A stretch of 64,000 bases of DNA from Paraphysomonas bandaiensis. Lineage: Eukaryota; Protista; Chrysophyceae. Every line of letters starts with the position of its first letter. Position 1 is the first letter of the stretch. Positions 36,190-49,568 of the stretch are shown here, one piece after another. Below the pieces are notes generated by a model that saw nothing but the letters and a program-made list of their open reading frames with translations, ran no database searches and was not told the DNA's origin. Where the stretch lies: positions 62,001 through 126,000 of the forward strand of contig CBFFRP010000239.1 of the NCBI GenBank assembly GCA_965644295.1. The letters run 5' to 3'. The position numbers were made by a program, and so were the translations under genes.

Positions 36190-39100
36190 CTACGAAACCA
36201 CGCAGCAGCCATCGTGCTGTAAACATTTACTCCTTGGCTCAGCTGGCGTAAGATTTTCCACTGCCAAAGTCAACTTCAATAATTCATTGTGAATGAGAAG
36301 AACATTGTTGTTGACGTGAGCGGCAGTAACCCCTTTCCCTGAACCCAAACTATGACCTCCGTCAGGTATAGCACCAGTCATATCGAGAGAAGCCTAAACA
36401 GTTATTAGAAATGTCTATTAAGAAAGCATCACCCGACCTGAGTTGAGAGCGCTTTAATATATTCCGGGTCTGACCTTTTGAAAGCTTCATCCTATTCAAA
36501 AAATTAGATCAGATCAGTACACAGCGAATACAACATATATACCTCATAAAAGCTCCGCTCCTTTAGTAAAGAGTATCTATCAACGTGCTCTCTATTTGTC
36601 CAAACCTGAGAACCATCACTCAACGATACCCTAGTGAGACCACAGAATGAGTTCAATGTGTCATTTATGGCGTAAAACTCTGCCAATTCTTGTAGCGGAT
36701 GAGTTTCAACGCCTCGGTGTTCGCTCAAATCTCCAAACAGCGAACGCGAAAGTCTTTCTCTCAAGGTCATATCACTTTGTGAGTCGTGCACAGAGTACTT
36801 CAACACTCCCGACTGTTCAATCATACGAGGGAGTATAAGGCTCGAGTCAACGTCTGAGATACATTCTGAGGCGTGCAGCGAGCTCACTTCGGGAGGTATA
36901 CATCCTTCTGGGAATCCTAAACAGATTCCAAAGGCATTGATATCATTTCTCGCGGCGATAGCTTGCAAACTGACTTTCAATAAGGGCAACACGCGGGGAA
37001 TAAAACTCATGGGTGATGTGATCCGAATAGGGTACTCTGAAGAAGACACTGGAAGCATAGTAACCTCATCTACAAGGTAAAAATAGAGCTCTCGCTCATT
37101 GCACATACACTTCAGCGCACTCGCCAAAATTGACACCCCTCTATCGCCTTCAGAAAGAGAATCGGATATTTCACATATATACTCAAACCACCTCTGCGCA
37201 CGACGAACCTGTAGCATTTCTTCAGAGCTTGGATAGCTGTCGTCTTGTTTACCGTCATCAGATTCACTATGAGCAGAATTTATAAAGTCTTTTGATTCCA
37301 CAGGAAGAATTTTTTGATTTAGTATCGTAAAACAGGTGGGAATATTAATGTCTAGTCCGTCAAATAGTCCACTGCGCAGGATCTCATGTGTTCGCATTAT
37401 CAATGCGAAAATACCTTCCTCATGCATGGTTATATTAGATTCATTCGACGGTCGTAAACGTGAAGTGGACGCACTTGGCGATAACGTTCCAGCAGCTATA
37501 GGTGACAAAGTAGGGTGTGATCTACCAACAATCGAATCGCCCCCCTGAGAAAGCTTACTTGGACTGGTTCTTGAGTTATCCCCTGTAGGTGCAGACCGTC
37601 TGCGTGGCAAAGGAGCTGACGGTGAGGCCCGCCCAGAACGTACGTCGTTTAGTCCAGAGCGCTGGCACCGCAAAGTATAGATGCGTTCGATTTTTTGTTC
37701 AATATATGAATTGCGCTTGTTATTTATCCCACTGAAGTAAACGTGATCTAAGACTTGCTTCATTGTGCCGGGTCTATTGCGTGGATCCGGCTGTAAAAGC
37801 ATTGATATCAAATCTGCAGCCAGAGGGTCAGACACCACATCATCGACTCGAGCCTGTAGCTGTGCCTCCGTCCACAGAGCAGCGGTGCACATATCATCAT
37901 CACAGGTCAGATCATCACCACATGTCACAGGGAGCAAATTCTCCCCACTACTCAAGGCAAATAAAATCATACCAAGAGACCACATGTCAAGCTGGGCAGT
38001 CGCCAGAGCAGGGCGGTAAGGAAGAGTGTGTAGGTCACGCGGGGATTGAGTTTTCTTATCGACATCGAACCCTCTTACCGCATAACAATCACGACCTGAT
38101 CTTGCCGGACGTACCTTACGCCACATCTCCTCGTAATTATCACTTCCCTTGAACAAAAAGTATTAAATAAGTCGTAATTGCAATGACAAATTCGTACCTT
38201 CCAGTACGTGGATACTTGTTGTGCAGTCGATGATGTGAGAGGTACAAACATTTCCGGAGGCATATACCCCGTGCATAGTTTACTACCGTAGATGTCTGCA
38301 TCTTGAATATAAAATATTTCCAAGTTTGAGGAGGCGGTTAAATCTAGTAGACAATATCTTTCCCCAACCCGAATGACATTGCGAAGACGTAAATCCCCGT
38401 GGCAAATTCCTCTGGAATGAAGATGTTGCAAGGCTTGCGCGATATCTCTAACAATAACACCGATTGTGCCTTGATTGAGAGTGTCGTGATAAAATGTACT
38501 TTGTAAATCTCTTTCTGCAAGAGGCATAAACAGCCCATGAGTGTAAAGAGAAAGGGAGCAGTACCCCCTCAAATGTGTCTTGGCGGCTGCATCAGCAAAC
38601 TGTTTCGCACCTACCCCGACATCATCGATCAGTGGAAGTATGTATCGGCTGTCAAGATTGCAAGATTTTCTGCCCATTCTTTCCTTCAAATGATAGCGTT
38701 CGTTTCGCATGAACTTGATAGCCACATTCCTGGGACTTCCAAATACACTCCTGCAATAACGCACAAATTCGTCTCGAGATATGCTGACTTTCTCCCCGTC
38801 ACAGTTTGAGAATATACTTGACAGATCAACTCTATTCATATCAATGTAGCCCCCCAATTGCTGCAGCGCCATTATAAAATTACCGACGGAGTCGATAATA
38901 TCTGGCTGTTCCGAATGACCTTTGGTGCATTTGCTGTGAAACGCTCTAAGGTAACTGCTTTCACAATCTCGATCCACGGCTTTAAGAATGACCGACCGGG
39001 GAGACATATGTATTGGAGGTGCTTCAAGCATAATCTCAAATCGACCGCAAAACAGCGCTCGCTGGTAGATTAACTCTCGAACATCCTTGTGCGCCGAGAG

Positions 39101-40552
39101 AACTACACGGTTCCCCTTGGTATCCAGTGCCCTTGCCAACAAGGGGACGATCGCCTCATGCGTATCAAGAATATCCCTAATCGACCGAATGTACTTATCT
39201 TCTGTATTTTCTAGAATCCAGGCCCAAGAATACGTATGGAAACAATTCGGAGCACCTGTTGGCGTGAAGGGTAGGTCGCATTTTAGCAGAGCTTTAATAA
39301 TTGATTCACAGGCACCCAGTTGGTGTGCTTTCACAATGGGAAGTATGTGGTTTAATTTCTTTTGGGCACCTGGTTATGACAATGACGAAAATTATATGAT
39401 AAAGGATATTTCACAAGTACGACATTCACACGATACACATTTTCGAAAAGCATACCATGAGGATGTAGATGTAGAAGTTTATTGATAAGATCAACGGAGT
39501 TCTTCTCATTGCGATTCTCAGATTCAATGGCATACCAGAGAGGTAGAGCGCCGTACCGGCCCTTGGCCTTCGCACCTACGTAGGCAATTAGACAGCATCC
39601 ACACTAATCTCACAACACAAACGCCTGATTGCTGTCAGGGCACTTAAATTAAGACACCAGACAGTGTCCCAACTAACAATCAAGGTAATACCGTCAGGGT
39701 ATATATCCAACAAAGCCTCAGTAATAAACAGCGGCGCTTGCTCACTAATAGCCCAATGAAGCGGCAGCTCAGCGTCCCAACCATGTGGCTTGGTTACGTC
39801 TGCAATAAACAAGTTAGAGCTAAAATAAAAAAGTAAAAATCTATCATAAATAATGTTTGTCACTAGCTACAGTGCAACAAATAACTGGAACATTAATATA
39901 CCATCCGGATTGCTCTGAATCGCCTTTAACACATCATGCCAGTTTGGAATCTTGAGTTCTTTCTGTGAGCATATCAACTGCACTAACAAATTGTTGGCCT
40001 CTGCACACAGAAATGTTATATTATGAATGTCAAGCCATATGGCTGCCAATGACCTGGAGTTTCTCTGCCAGTAGCGGCGCGGATATCTCGTGATAAATCA
40101 GGAGCAAGTGTAGGTACCGTATTCAATCCATTCGAAGATTTGTCAAGCGTGTCTTCATCGCATCCGGTCACCACATCGATAGTATTCAAGTCGATCTCTA
40201 ATGAGTCATCTGTATCTGACTTCGCGCCACCATTAGCACCACCATCATCACAACCATTTGTCTTTGTGTGTGAATTGAGAGCACTCTGTATGTGTGTATT
40301 CTTATGAGGAGACGCGCCTTTAACAGGAGAGTAGTGGTGATCTGCTGCTGGTGCTGTCTCTGTAGTGTCTCTATAAGATATCATACCATCAGTTGATGAC
40401 TTCTCTTCATCTTCATCTGATGATGATGAGGATGATCTGCTGCTGATAGGGATGCGTACAGGATCATCCGCATCAATGCCGCCAGAGCGGTTCATTTGTT
40501 GATTACTGAAAGCCGTTCGGTATGAAAACAGAGCCTTTGGAGGGGATGCCAT
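36190..40552 (-). CDS. Ankyrin-repeat protein kinase with an EF-hand-like insert and C-terminal CaaX motif, about 8 exons
   Basis: LPLHWAI / LPLWYAI ankyrin-like; VAIKFM, HGDLRLRN, LLDL, GYMPPE, DMWSLG, DPRNRP kinase motifs; ends CCVVS*. Confidence 0.85.
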
Positions 40553-41088
40553 AGCTGTTAACTCACACACACATGCTTCATATTCATTGTTGATTATTAT
40601 TCAGGTGATCACTAGGAATGATACTTAAACTATGAATACACAGGCAGGCAATGAGGTGGCTGATACACCCGGCAGCCCAGCAGTGTACTAGCATATACAT
40701 ACATAACATACGCGGCTCTGCTATGTATGTATACTGCTGCTGCTGCTGTGTGCGGATGCAGTGGATAGATACTCTATATATCTGTACTGTATATGTATGG
40801 TATACCGTAATACAAACAAGTAGCTGGATACAAACAAGTACGATATACTGTGAGAGGTACGGTTACAGCATACGACGTATTCTGCTGTGTACTTCTCTAC
40901 ATGTATGGATGTGTACAGGTATATACGTACTCCGGTACTGCTGCGCTGGATATCAACCAGCTCTCTAGATATCTATGCATGCATGCATGTCATGTGATGG
41001 TGATAGCCACTAAAGTATGCTTAGTGGCGTTATAAGATGACCCCTACAAGGAAGAGAGATCGGCCACTAACTAACGGTGCAGTTGTTT

Positions 41089-41606
41089 TGTAAAGCCGTG
41101 GGCTTTATAACGCCCTTTGGCACGTTTAGTGACATCATTATGATACTGATAACTATATTGCAATAATATGCGGGTGTATGTAGCTCTTGTTTTGTATGAG
41201 ATTGATGACAACAAAAAAGATACAGATTATTATTAGGAGAACAAGACAGCAGACTACTAGGATTTACCCTCTATTAGGATCAGCCCTCACATGCACAATT
41301 ATAAAGAGGAGCAGAAGACCCCCCCACCTAATAACACCGGCAAAAAGTATCGTATGCAAGGCCGACGCCCCACGGCTATTTATAATCGTGCATATGAGGG
41401 CTGATCCTAATAGAGGGTATATCCTAGTAGTCTGCTGTCTTGTTCTCCTAATAATAATCTGTGTCTTTATTGTTGTCATCAATCTCATACAAAACAAGAG
41501 CTACATGCACCCGCATATTATTATATCGTTATTGCAATATAGTTATCACTATTATAATGATGTCATTAAACGTGCCAAAGGGCGTTATAAAGCCCACGGC
41601 TTTGCA
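41089..41606. mobile_element. Large foldback element (arms ~215 bp, loop ~75 bp)
   Basis: 41089-41304 approximates the reverse complement of 41379-41606, with few mismatches and indels. Confidence 0.9.
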
Positions 41607-42029
41607 GTTTGAATTACAGTGATATTTAAGTGGGCTCTACACACCTTGTCTACACACAGGCTCATCCTATAAGTAGAAGCACACAAAGATCAATGTAGTT
41701 ATAGGATCACAGTCGCTAAGGCGGTGTGATTTAGACCTCGAATAGGGTATTACTGCATGTTGTTAACAGAGTGAGAGATTGTAAATGGTAAACTATATGT
41801 ATACATTGCCATATTCGGTAATAATACTCAGTATAGTAATTTAAGTCTAAATGTTTAAATATATACGTAATTCGTGGTAACTACAGAGATTGAACTGCTC
41901 GGTAGAATATTTTGCGATTCGCAACGTAATGACACTAATTTTTATCGATGCAACCTAACCTAGCTTGTAAATTGGGACTTCGTACTAAATGACAGCAGTC
42001 AATTATAATTGCAATTATTACTCGTAGAG

Positions 42030-42600
42030 AAATCATGGACACTCTTTCGAAAGCAACAGTGATGAAAATATGGAAGTCTTGGACTTTCATTGATAAATTA
42101 TGTTGGCAGCTAGAGTACAGCTACTGAGTATACGTAGTTTGGTATCAATTAAATGGCAGCAAAAGAGAAAGATCATTCATATGCACCCTCTTCAACGCTC
42201 AAACCAGTTGTATTCAGTCCACGCTCTACGTATATATCCATCGCTCCACCACATTGCAGAGCAACTACAACGTTTTCTTTCTCACCATCGTGTTTGACGG
42301 CATGCTGCTAGAGATTGCTCCATCCACGACCTTTCGCCTCAGAAAACCATATCCTACAGGACACTCCCGGTATTCCTAAGTATCTAATGCAACGTCTTCG
42401 CTGTTATCATTTATTTTCTCTAGAACATTCAAGCAGTGACTTCTGGTAGCAGTTATCGGTTATCGCTCATATGGCTAATCAGTTAAATGAAATGTTATGT
42501 GGGATAGATCCAACAGATTTAGTGCTTTCTACCTATCTTCGGGTTTTGTCGTATAAATTGGATTTTCTCAACACAAAATACTGTTTTATAACAACTCTCC
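42030..42600 (+). pseudogene. Possible highly decayed Harbinger-like transposase N-terminal remnant
   Basis: Fragmentary frames (VFDGMLLEIAP...R..G; LCGIDPT...STYLRVL) loosely resemble the HTH region of Harbinger transposases. Confidence 0.25.
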
Positions 42601-43224
42601 AGTGCAAAAATTGGTAATATTTTTGATCAGCTAATTGATTATTAATTGAAGCAAGCTGGTGTCAACTGTAGTTGCTATGCCAATTCAACTATTGCAATTC
42701 TAAAAATTGAAAATTAATTGAAACGCAACCCTGTTGTAAACTGTGGGCAGAAAATCAAGAAATTTTTGCTATACAGCATTGAGGGAAATCTTTGATTCTT
42801 ACTACTTGCTACACACCTGACTATGTGTTCCCAATGGCTTTATTGCTGTCACACCAAACTGTATCAGTATTCAGCATTTCGCAAGCTTCTAGTGGTGAAA
42901 TACATCATTAAGATTGAAATCAAATTGATTAGACGACATAGTTATACCGTATTACCCAAACAAAGTAAACGTCTTTATACTCATGCATTTGTACAACGAA
43001 AATGTATAATACCATACACTTATAGATCAGTGACCTGACTCCTATCCTGTGTGAACATATATAATCTGTAGATTTTCCTATATACCTATCTGCTTCAATA
43101 AACTAGATGAAACACTCGCATGTCACCAATATATATAGGAGACATGATAAAAAAACACGTTTCCGTATCGAAAAATGATTCTTTCGGAGAGAAGATATAT
43201 GTGAACTTTTTAAATTCACACGAT

Positions 43225-44879
43225 TTAGCCAATGCTGTGGCGACGTTTCTTTCCAACTCCCTTCTTTTTTAACGGGGAATTATGTAGTTGCCCAATAATA
43301 GGATGTACTGGTCCCAGATCGGCGGAAGGTATAGGTGCAATACGGCGCTTGTCATGAAAAAATCCGACAAGGGTGGATCGTTGGGTTTTGGACTTCGGAG
43401 TGCTTTCGTACGTCCCAAAACCCAAATCGTCCGAGCCATTATATCGACTGTGCTTCCAATTTCTTCCGTCATCCAGCTCGCTCAGATCTGTAGGGGAATT
43501 CTCGATTGTCTCACTACGAACACAAGAGAATGTTCCAGTACTTGACGTAGAAAGCTTTGATTCGAGCTTCCTGCGCTGAGTTGGTGTGCGTATCGGAGTC
43601 GCAATATCAACTGCAATATGGTGTCAAAAACAATAGAATAAAATTCAATTCATCATACCAGGTGAGGAAGGGTTACCGAGACATTTGTCTGGTTTGGAAC
43701 AGCGCTGGATGATATTGTCGATAGCTTTTTGCCTGAGAGATGGGTCATCAAAACACGACATTCATTCATAATAATACCTTTCGAGAAGGAAATCGATACT
43801 AAGGTTTGCAGTGTCATCGCGAGACTTTCGGCGCGGGCGAGCTTGAGGTACAGTAAGTCTGTACTTATGCTCCGCGCGCTTTTGACGGGTGTTGGTCAAC
43901 TCCATCAACTGTTTAACTTTAGTGTCATGAGCCATCGCATGAACAGCAGCCATAGACTCGTAGGACTTTGATTCACTTGCAGTCATGGCTACACCTTCAT
44001 CAGGGCGAGTGCGAAGTCCAATCAAATCCTTTACACGAACGTATTCCGTCCCGCTACGAGCAACTCGTTTCTGAGCATGATTTTTCCAAAAGCGCTTTCC
44101 CAAAACCTTATTCTGCAGCTTACGTTGCATTTCGAATGCAGGAAAGAAAAGTGCAGGATGGCTTTTGGCAAATTCTCTGAACTCGAAGGGCCCAAACTTT
44201 TGGGCATCAGATGCGGAAATTTTCTGATATAGCCTGTGCGAGGTTTAGATAGAAAACTGCAGTATATTTCAAATTACTCACTTCATCGCGCGCTTATTAG
44301 ATTCGAAATTCTTTCCGTAAAGATCTTTCAACATACGGCCAATTTCACTTATATCTAATTCATTGCTACAATCGCGGTCATACATATCAAAACTGAATAA
44401 GTCTACACATTATATGCGTTAGTTAGACTCGTGTTTGTGTTAATCACTTACATAACGCCTCATCGCCAAGAGTGGCATAGTTCCACACACTCAGCACAAA
44501 CTCACGGAAGTCAACCTGTCCACTTCCATCCTTCATAATATAAACATAAGTCAGGATAACCCACACCACATCGACATACCACATCCATTATAGAAAAGAC
44601 TTGTCTGGTGAACACTGTGCTCTCTATATCCATGTACATGAGCATCTCCAGTACATCGATCTCATTCGAGCCATCGACATCAATATGTCGAAATATGTTA
44701 TACAGGCGTCGAATATCCAGCTCAGTTAACATGAGACTCTCGAAGTCATCACGCCACTGAGTGAGCTTCCGGTCATATCTGTATATGTTTCTCAGTAACA
44801 GGAACAGCGTTGATACTCTCTGCTTTAAGAAATATTTCTTTGAACTTGGCATTGATTTAATCTTATTCGTTGTATTCAA
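43225..44879 (-). CDS. EF-hand calcium sensor (calcineurin B/NCS-like) with basic tail, paralog 1, 6 exons
   Basis: EF loops DVDGSNEIDVLE, DVDGSGQVDFRE, DRDCSNELDISE; ends RRHSIG*. Confidence 0.85.
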
Positions 44880-45305
44880 TTTCTTTAATGCATTTATTTA
44901 TGACTGGCGGTCGTTTAGTTATGCAGGTGACTAGATTAAAACATCCATATATGCATGTATATGCAGACTGTTGTGGCGATAATACACGACGGAACGTACA
45001 GCGGCTGCCCATCCAACCCTCATAGCAGTGTATATACTCTATAGAGTACTCCATCCAATCATCACAAGGGGAAGTATTGGTACTCACAAAAATTTGGCTC
45101 TTTTTGCTCTATCTTCCCATTTCTCTACTAGCCAATGAAAAGGACCCAATAGCTTATAATTCGCTGTGGATGGTACCTCTGGAATTTTTACAAGAAAAAA
45201 TTCGGCGTTTTTAGGGAAGTTGTGGAAGTGGCTGGACTTCACAAAAAAAAATGAAGCAGACAGATGAAGAGGATACGTTCGGTTTGTCCCATTGGCGATA
45301 GGGAT

Positions 45306-45450
45306 ATCTGTCTGTGGAAATAAGTATGTCGATCCAGCAAAAAAATCCAGGCTTTTTTGATGCATGTTGTTTTTTGATGAATATATTTCAGAGAAATAAC
45401 GAAGAAAGGTCGACTATTTTGCTGGATCGACTTATTCCCACAGACGGACT
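45306..45450. mobile_element. Small MITE-like element with ~30 bp TIRs
   Basis: GTCTGTGGAAATAAGTATGTCGATCCAGCAAAA versus TTTTGCTGGATCGACTTATTCCCACAGAC. Confidence 0.65.
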
Positions 45451-46313
45451 ATCCACTGCAACTAATACCCATAGCTAGACACTATGATACAATAAGAAGG
45501 CCAATGCAATAACATGAATAATCAATTAACGTAAAACCCAGTTTGAATCTTTCATCTCAACTCAAAACAAACCTAGCTATACATGATATGAGTTAATTGA
45601 GAGACACAACTCATCAACTGCATAGCCGGCGCAATGAACTGAAGAGAGCAGACGGGATCCTGGCTTTGAGAGATCAGAAGTGGATGATAGTCGCTCCATC
45701 CTAAGCCGCTGTAGTCTTCCATCTTCTGCAGGGTCGCATATATTCTTTTCAGCTATTTTCAGGGTGGATTTGACTGTATATGTAACCTTTCTTCGTGACA
45801 ATTATAAAGAGGTCTTGCTTGAAGTATAACTTCTGTCTGTTTCACGCCGTAGATTTCAATTCCTACGAGTTTGAAATATGTTTATTATCGCTATATGTTT
45901 GATCTTTTTTGTGGATCTCTCAACCCTGTCACTTTCTGGTGCACAGAATTTACATGCTCTGAAATTCACTTTTGTGTCATACACTGATCAGAAGTTTTTT
46001 ATATCAGTAAAACACTAGGAATAAAAAACATTTTTAACGTAGTGTACGAGCATAAAAGGATATGCCGAGATGTATAGCAGCAATACTTATTCTACTTCTG
46101 TATGTTCAAAAGTGTTGAAATTCTTACTTTTATCCTGGTATCGTTATTCAGCAATACCTATTCTGATATATTGGCTACAGTACCGATGATAACATTAGTT
46201 AGTCTCTGCTCTTACTATTTTGTTTTCAAAAAGTATACTGCAGAAGCAGTCTCTGCTTTTGTTAACATAAAGTATTACGAAGATAAACTTATAATTCGAC
46301 CAAGTCAGTACTT

Positions 46314-46430
46314 AACTCTGATATGATACTATTTAACGCTATGAAATACTACTATTTAAGTGCTTAACTTGTGTGTCACCGCAAGCACAACTACTTTCGC
46401 TCTATCACTCAAAGCAAACGCAGTGAGCAT
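46314..46430 (+). repeat. Dispersed repeat Y (direct homolog at 53503-53617)
   Basis: AACTCTGATAT.ATACTATTTAA...GTCACCG...TTTCGCTCTATCACTCAAAGCAAACG.AGTGAGCA in both copies. Confidence 0.8.
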
Positions 46431-46484
46431 GCAAAGTGTTGATATACCTTAAAATCAGCTGACTACAGAGTCCTTAAGGTGAAC

Positions 46485-46720
46485 AGCCCGGATGCTCTTG
46501 AGGTGGGCCCATTCCCGGATGCCTGTTTATTCGCCAAGACCTAAGTGACACTTATTAGTGTCTCTTGTACCACTTAAGCATTCGGCTATGAGTGGGCAGA
46601 AAATTATCTGCTGACTATATATATATGCGGTTCATGTTAGTTGCCCAGAGAAATATCTCTCCTGGTACTTATCCTCCAGAACCCAGAACACCACTAAAAC
46701 GTGCGAGTCCGACTTTGTTG
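46485..46720 (-). repeat. Dispersed repeat X, copy 2
   Basis: Reverse complement of the 35480-35700 blocks. Confidence 0.8.
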
Positions 46721-47170
46721 AGGGTAGTCAATAGTATTGTATATTGTACCTATTATCTCAACTAGAAATATGATTCGGTCATCAATTTCTTTTGAAGATA
46801 ACGAATTGGGCCATAAAGTTAACACCATGCAAAGAACACTCGTTTACTTCTTTCAATGTTTGACATGACCATTATATACTTATATTGGAAGAAGTCGCTG
46901 TTCTATTATTGTGGTCGTACTAAGGTTAACATAAAACAAATTATAATTATACTGTTTAGACTTTATTGAACAAGTGCACTGTAACTCTATATAACATGTA
47001 GTACATTATCTATAAACCCTTGTATTCACTTGGAAGGTGCAACACGTGGCAACACAGCATATGTTATACAAAAAATGTCAAAGAGAGCTGACACTCTATT
47101 TCTCATCTCACTTCTACAATGGTACACGTATGGCACACTGGTACTGAAATACCACTGACAGTATACTCAC

Positions 47171-48863
47171 TTAGCCAATACTATATCTTCTCGGTCTTGG
47201 TGTTTTCGTTGGAGAATTGGTGTCCGTAAGTTTGCCAAGAACTGGATGTACAGTTCCTTCAACCTCCAGCATTGGCACAATAGAGCATTTGCTCTTACAT
47301 GCGCGGCGACTCTTGCTTCTAGACGAACAGAATTCATTATTTGTGGGCGATTTAACTGTTGATGGTTCCTTTGCCAGCACCGAATGTCGCTTACTCTTTG
47401 GTGTTCGATGTCGTTTAGAGTCACCCTTCTCAGTACTTCGCTCTGTGCTCAGATTACCGTCCAACGATAATTCGCAAGTATCTGCTTGAGTCACAACAGG
47501 AATCAATAACTTAGAGGGCTTGGTGGGTGATTTGGAAACCGATTGCTTTTTAGTTTTGGCTTCAGGCATTGAAACGATGGCATCGGCAGCTGTAAAACAC
47601 TTCTTACAACGACATGACGCGTATGCAACACATACCAGATTGCATAGGCTTGTACTTATCCGGTTGAGAGCACTGCAATATATATTTATCCACCTCATTC
47701 CTCCTACATCAGTTGTTATTAGTCGAGAATTGGATATATCTACCTTTTTAGTACCTGCGCTCTAATTTATCTCCACCTAGAGTTCTGGCAAACTTATCAT
47801 CAAATGATTTGCGCCTCTGTTTCGCATGCGGCACCGTCTGCCGTTGAATATTCTGTGCACGCTTCCCTCGTGCATCCGTCAGTTGCATTAGCTCTTTCAC
47901 CTTCTGATCGTGCGCTGCAGCATTCATAGCTGCAATGGAAGAGGATTCATTCTGTTTTCCGTCATGATAAGGAAATACATCGTCTGCAACAACTGTCCGC
48001 AATCCTATTAGATCATTGATACACACATACTCTCGGCCACCACTACGGGCCACTCGTTTCTTTCCGTGATTTTTCCAAAAATGCTTTCCAAGAACCTTAT
48101 TCTGCAGCTTTCGTTGAATTTCAAAAGCAGGAAAAAAGAGTGTAGGGTGACTTTTGGCATAGTCTCTAAATTCAGAAGGGCCGAATCTTTTAGTACCTGA
48201 CTGAGTTATACTGTTGAACAACCTTGTAACAGTAATATAAATGCTTCAAACGGAAAATATGAATAGCATAGCTTACTTCATGGCCCGTTTACTAGTCTCA
48301 AAATTTTCACCGTAAACATCACGTAGCATCTGTCCCACTTCACAAAGCTCCAATACATTGCTGCAATCTCGGTCGTATAAGTCAAAACAAAAAAGATCTA
48401 CAGGAAAAATATTACAGGGTGCAATTAAAATTAATACACTTACATAGGGCTTCGTCTCCAAGCGTTGCATAACTCCACACACTGATCACAAATTCGCGAA
48501 AGTCCACCTGACCACTCCCGTCCTAAGTGCCAATAAGATAAAACCAAATAAAAAGTACCGACCGCATACCACATCCATGATAGAAAACACTTGTCTTGAA
48601 AACACATTATTTTCAATGTCCAGATAGAGCAGCATCTCTGTGACATCAATTTCTCCAGATCCATCCATATCCACACGACGAAATATGTTGTACAGGCGGC
48701 GAATATCGAATTCAGAAAGCATAAGACGCTCAAAATCATCTCGCCAAGAGGCCACTTGTTTGTTGTGCTTATAAATGTTTTTCAGTAACAATAAAGCCAC
48801 TGCGAATCTATGTTTCAGGCTCGACATTATCGCCACTTTCCTCTTAGCGCTGTCAGTTATCAT
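47171..48863 (-). CDS. EF-hand calcium sensor with basic tail, paralog 2
   Basis: DMDGSGEIDVTE and DRDCSNVLELCE; same intron positions as paralog 1 in the EF region; ends RRYSIG*. Confidence 0.85.
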
Positions 48864-49295
48864 TATATCGAACGAATTGCAAGATCTGCAGAGTTATATT
48901 ATATATTCTCCTGTTTTATCAATGGCACAGTGGTTGACTGGTGTAATAAGCCTATGCGAAGATGGATACGTACAGCATGTTTCAATAGACTCAGCAAAAG
49001 ATCAGATAGATCCACATGATTTTCTTATGTATGGGATATACTGTACGTAGTATTGCACTAAACCTAACGGGCATACAGAGTACATGGATGTGTATCAAAA
49101 TCAGGTGTGTGTAGATCTGGCGGGATTCTGAGGGAAGAATTGGCGATAGTCGTCTAGATGTTCCAAAAAAAATCAAAGTGTTGAAAATGGAATACGGTGT
49201 ATACAGTGATGTATAGATGGATGTTTGGTAGTATGTGTATTGTATTCTATGTATTCGTGTATTTGTCCTATAGAGATTGAGCTCCTCTCCATACA

Positions 49296-49437
49296 CGTAT
49301 CGGCAGTCGCATTTTCGGAAATAAATTGAAGCAAATATCCGCTATATTACTGATATACAACTACGTCTGGAATACAGATAATTGTTGTCTCAATATTAGA
49401 GGCATCTTTGAACAAAAATATACAAAGGATGCCGTAC
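49296..49437 (-). mobile_element. MITE-like family A, copy 4 (inverted)
   Basis: CGTATCGGCAGTC...AATTGTTGTCTCAATATTAGAGGCATCTT...AAAGGATGCCGTAC. Confidence 0.8.
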
Positions 49438-49568
49438 ACATGCATCAGCATATAGCTAAACCAGTCCTCTGACTCCGTTAAGGGCCTATCGCATGCACTG
49501 TTTGATAACGTGAGAGGTCGGCCAAAAGCATAAGACATGTCTTGAACCGTTTAAGAGCGCCCTATTCA

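Noticed and set aside
41187-41612. Two opposing ORFs with the same N-terminus
   Set aside because: A consequence of the foldback arms; no protein signature.
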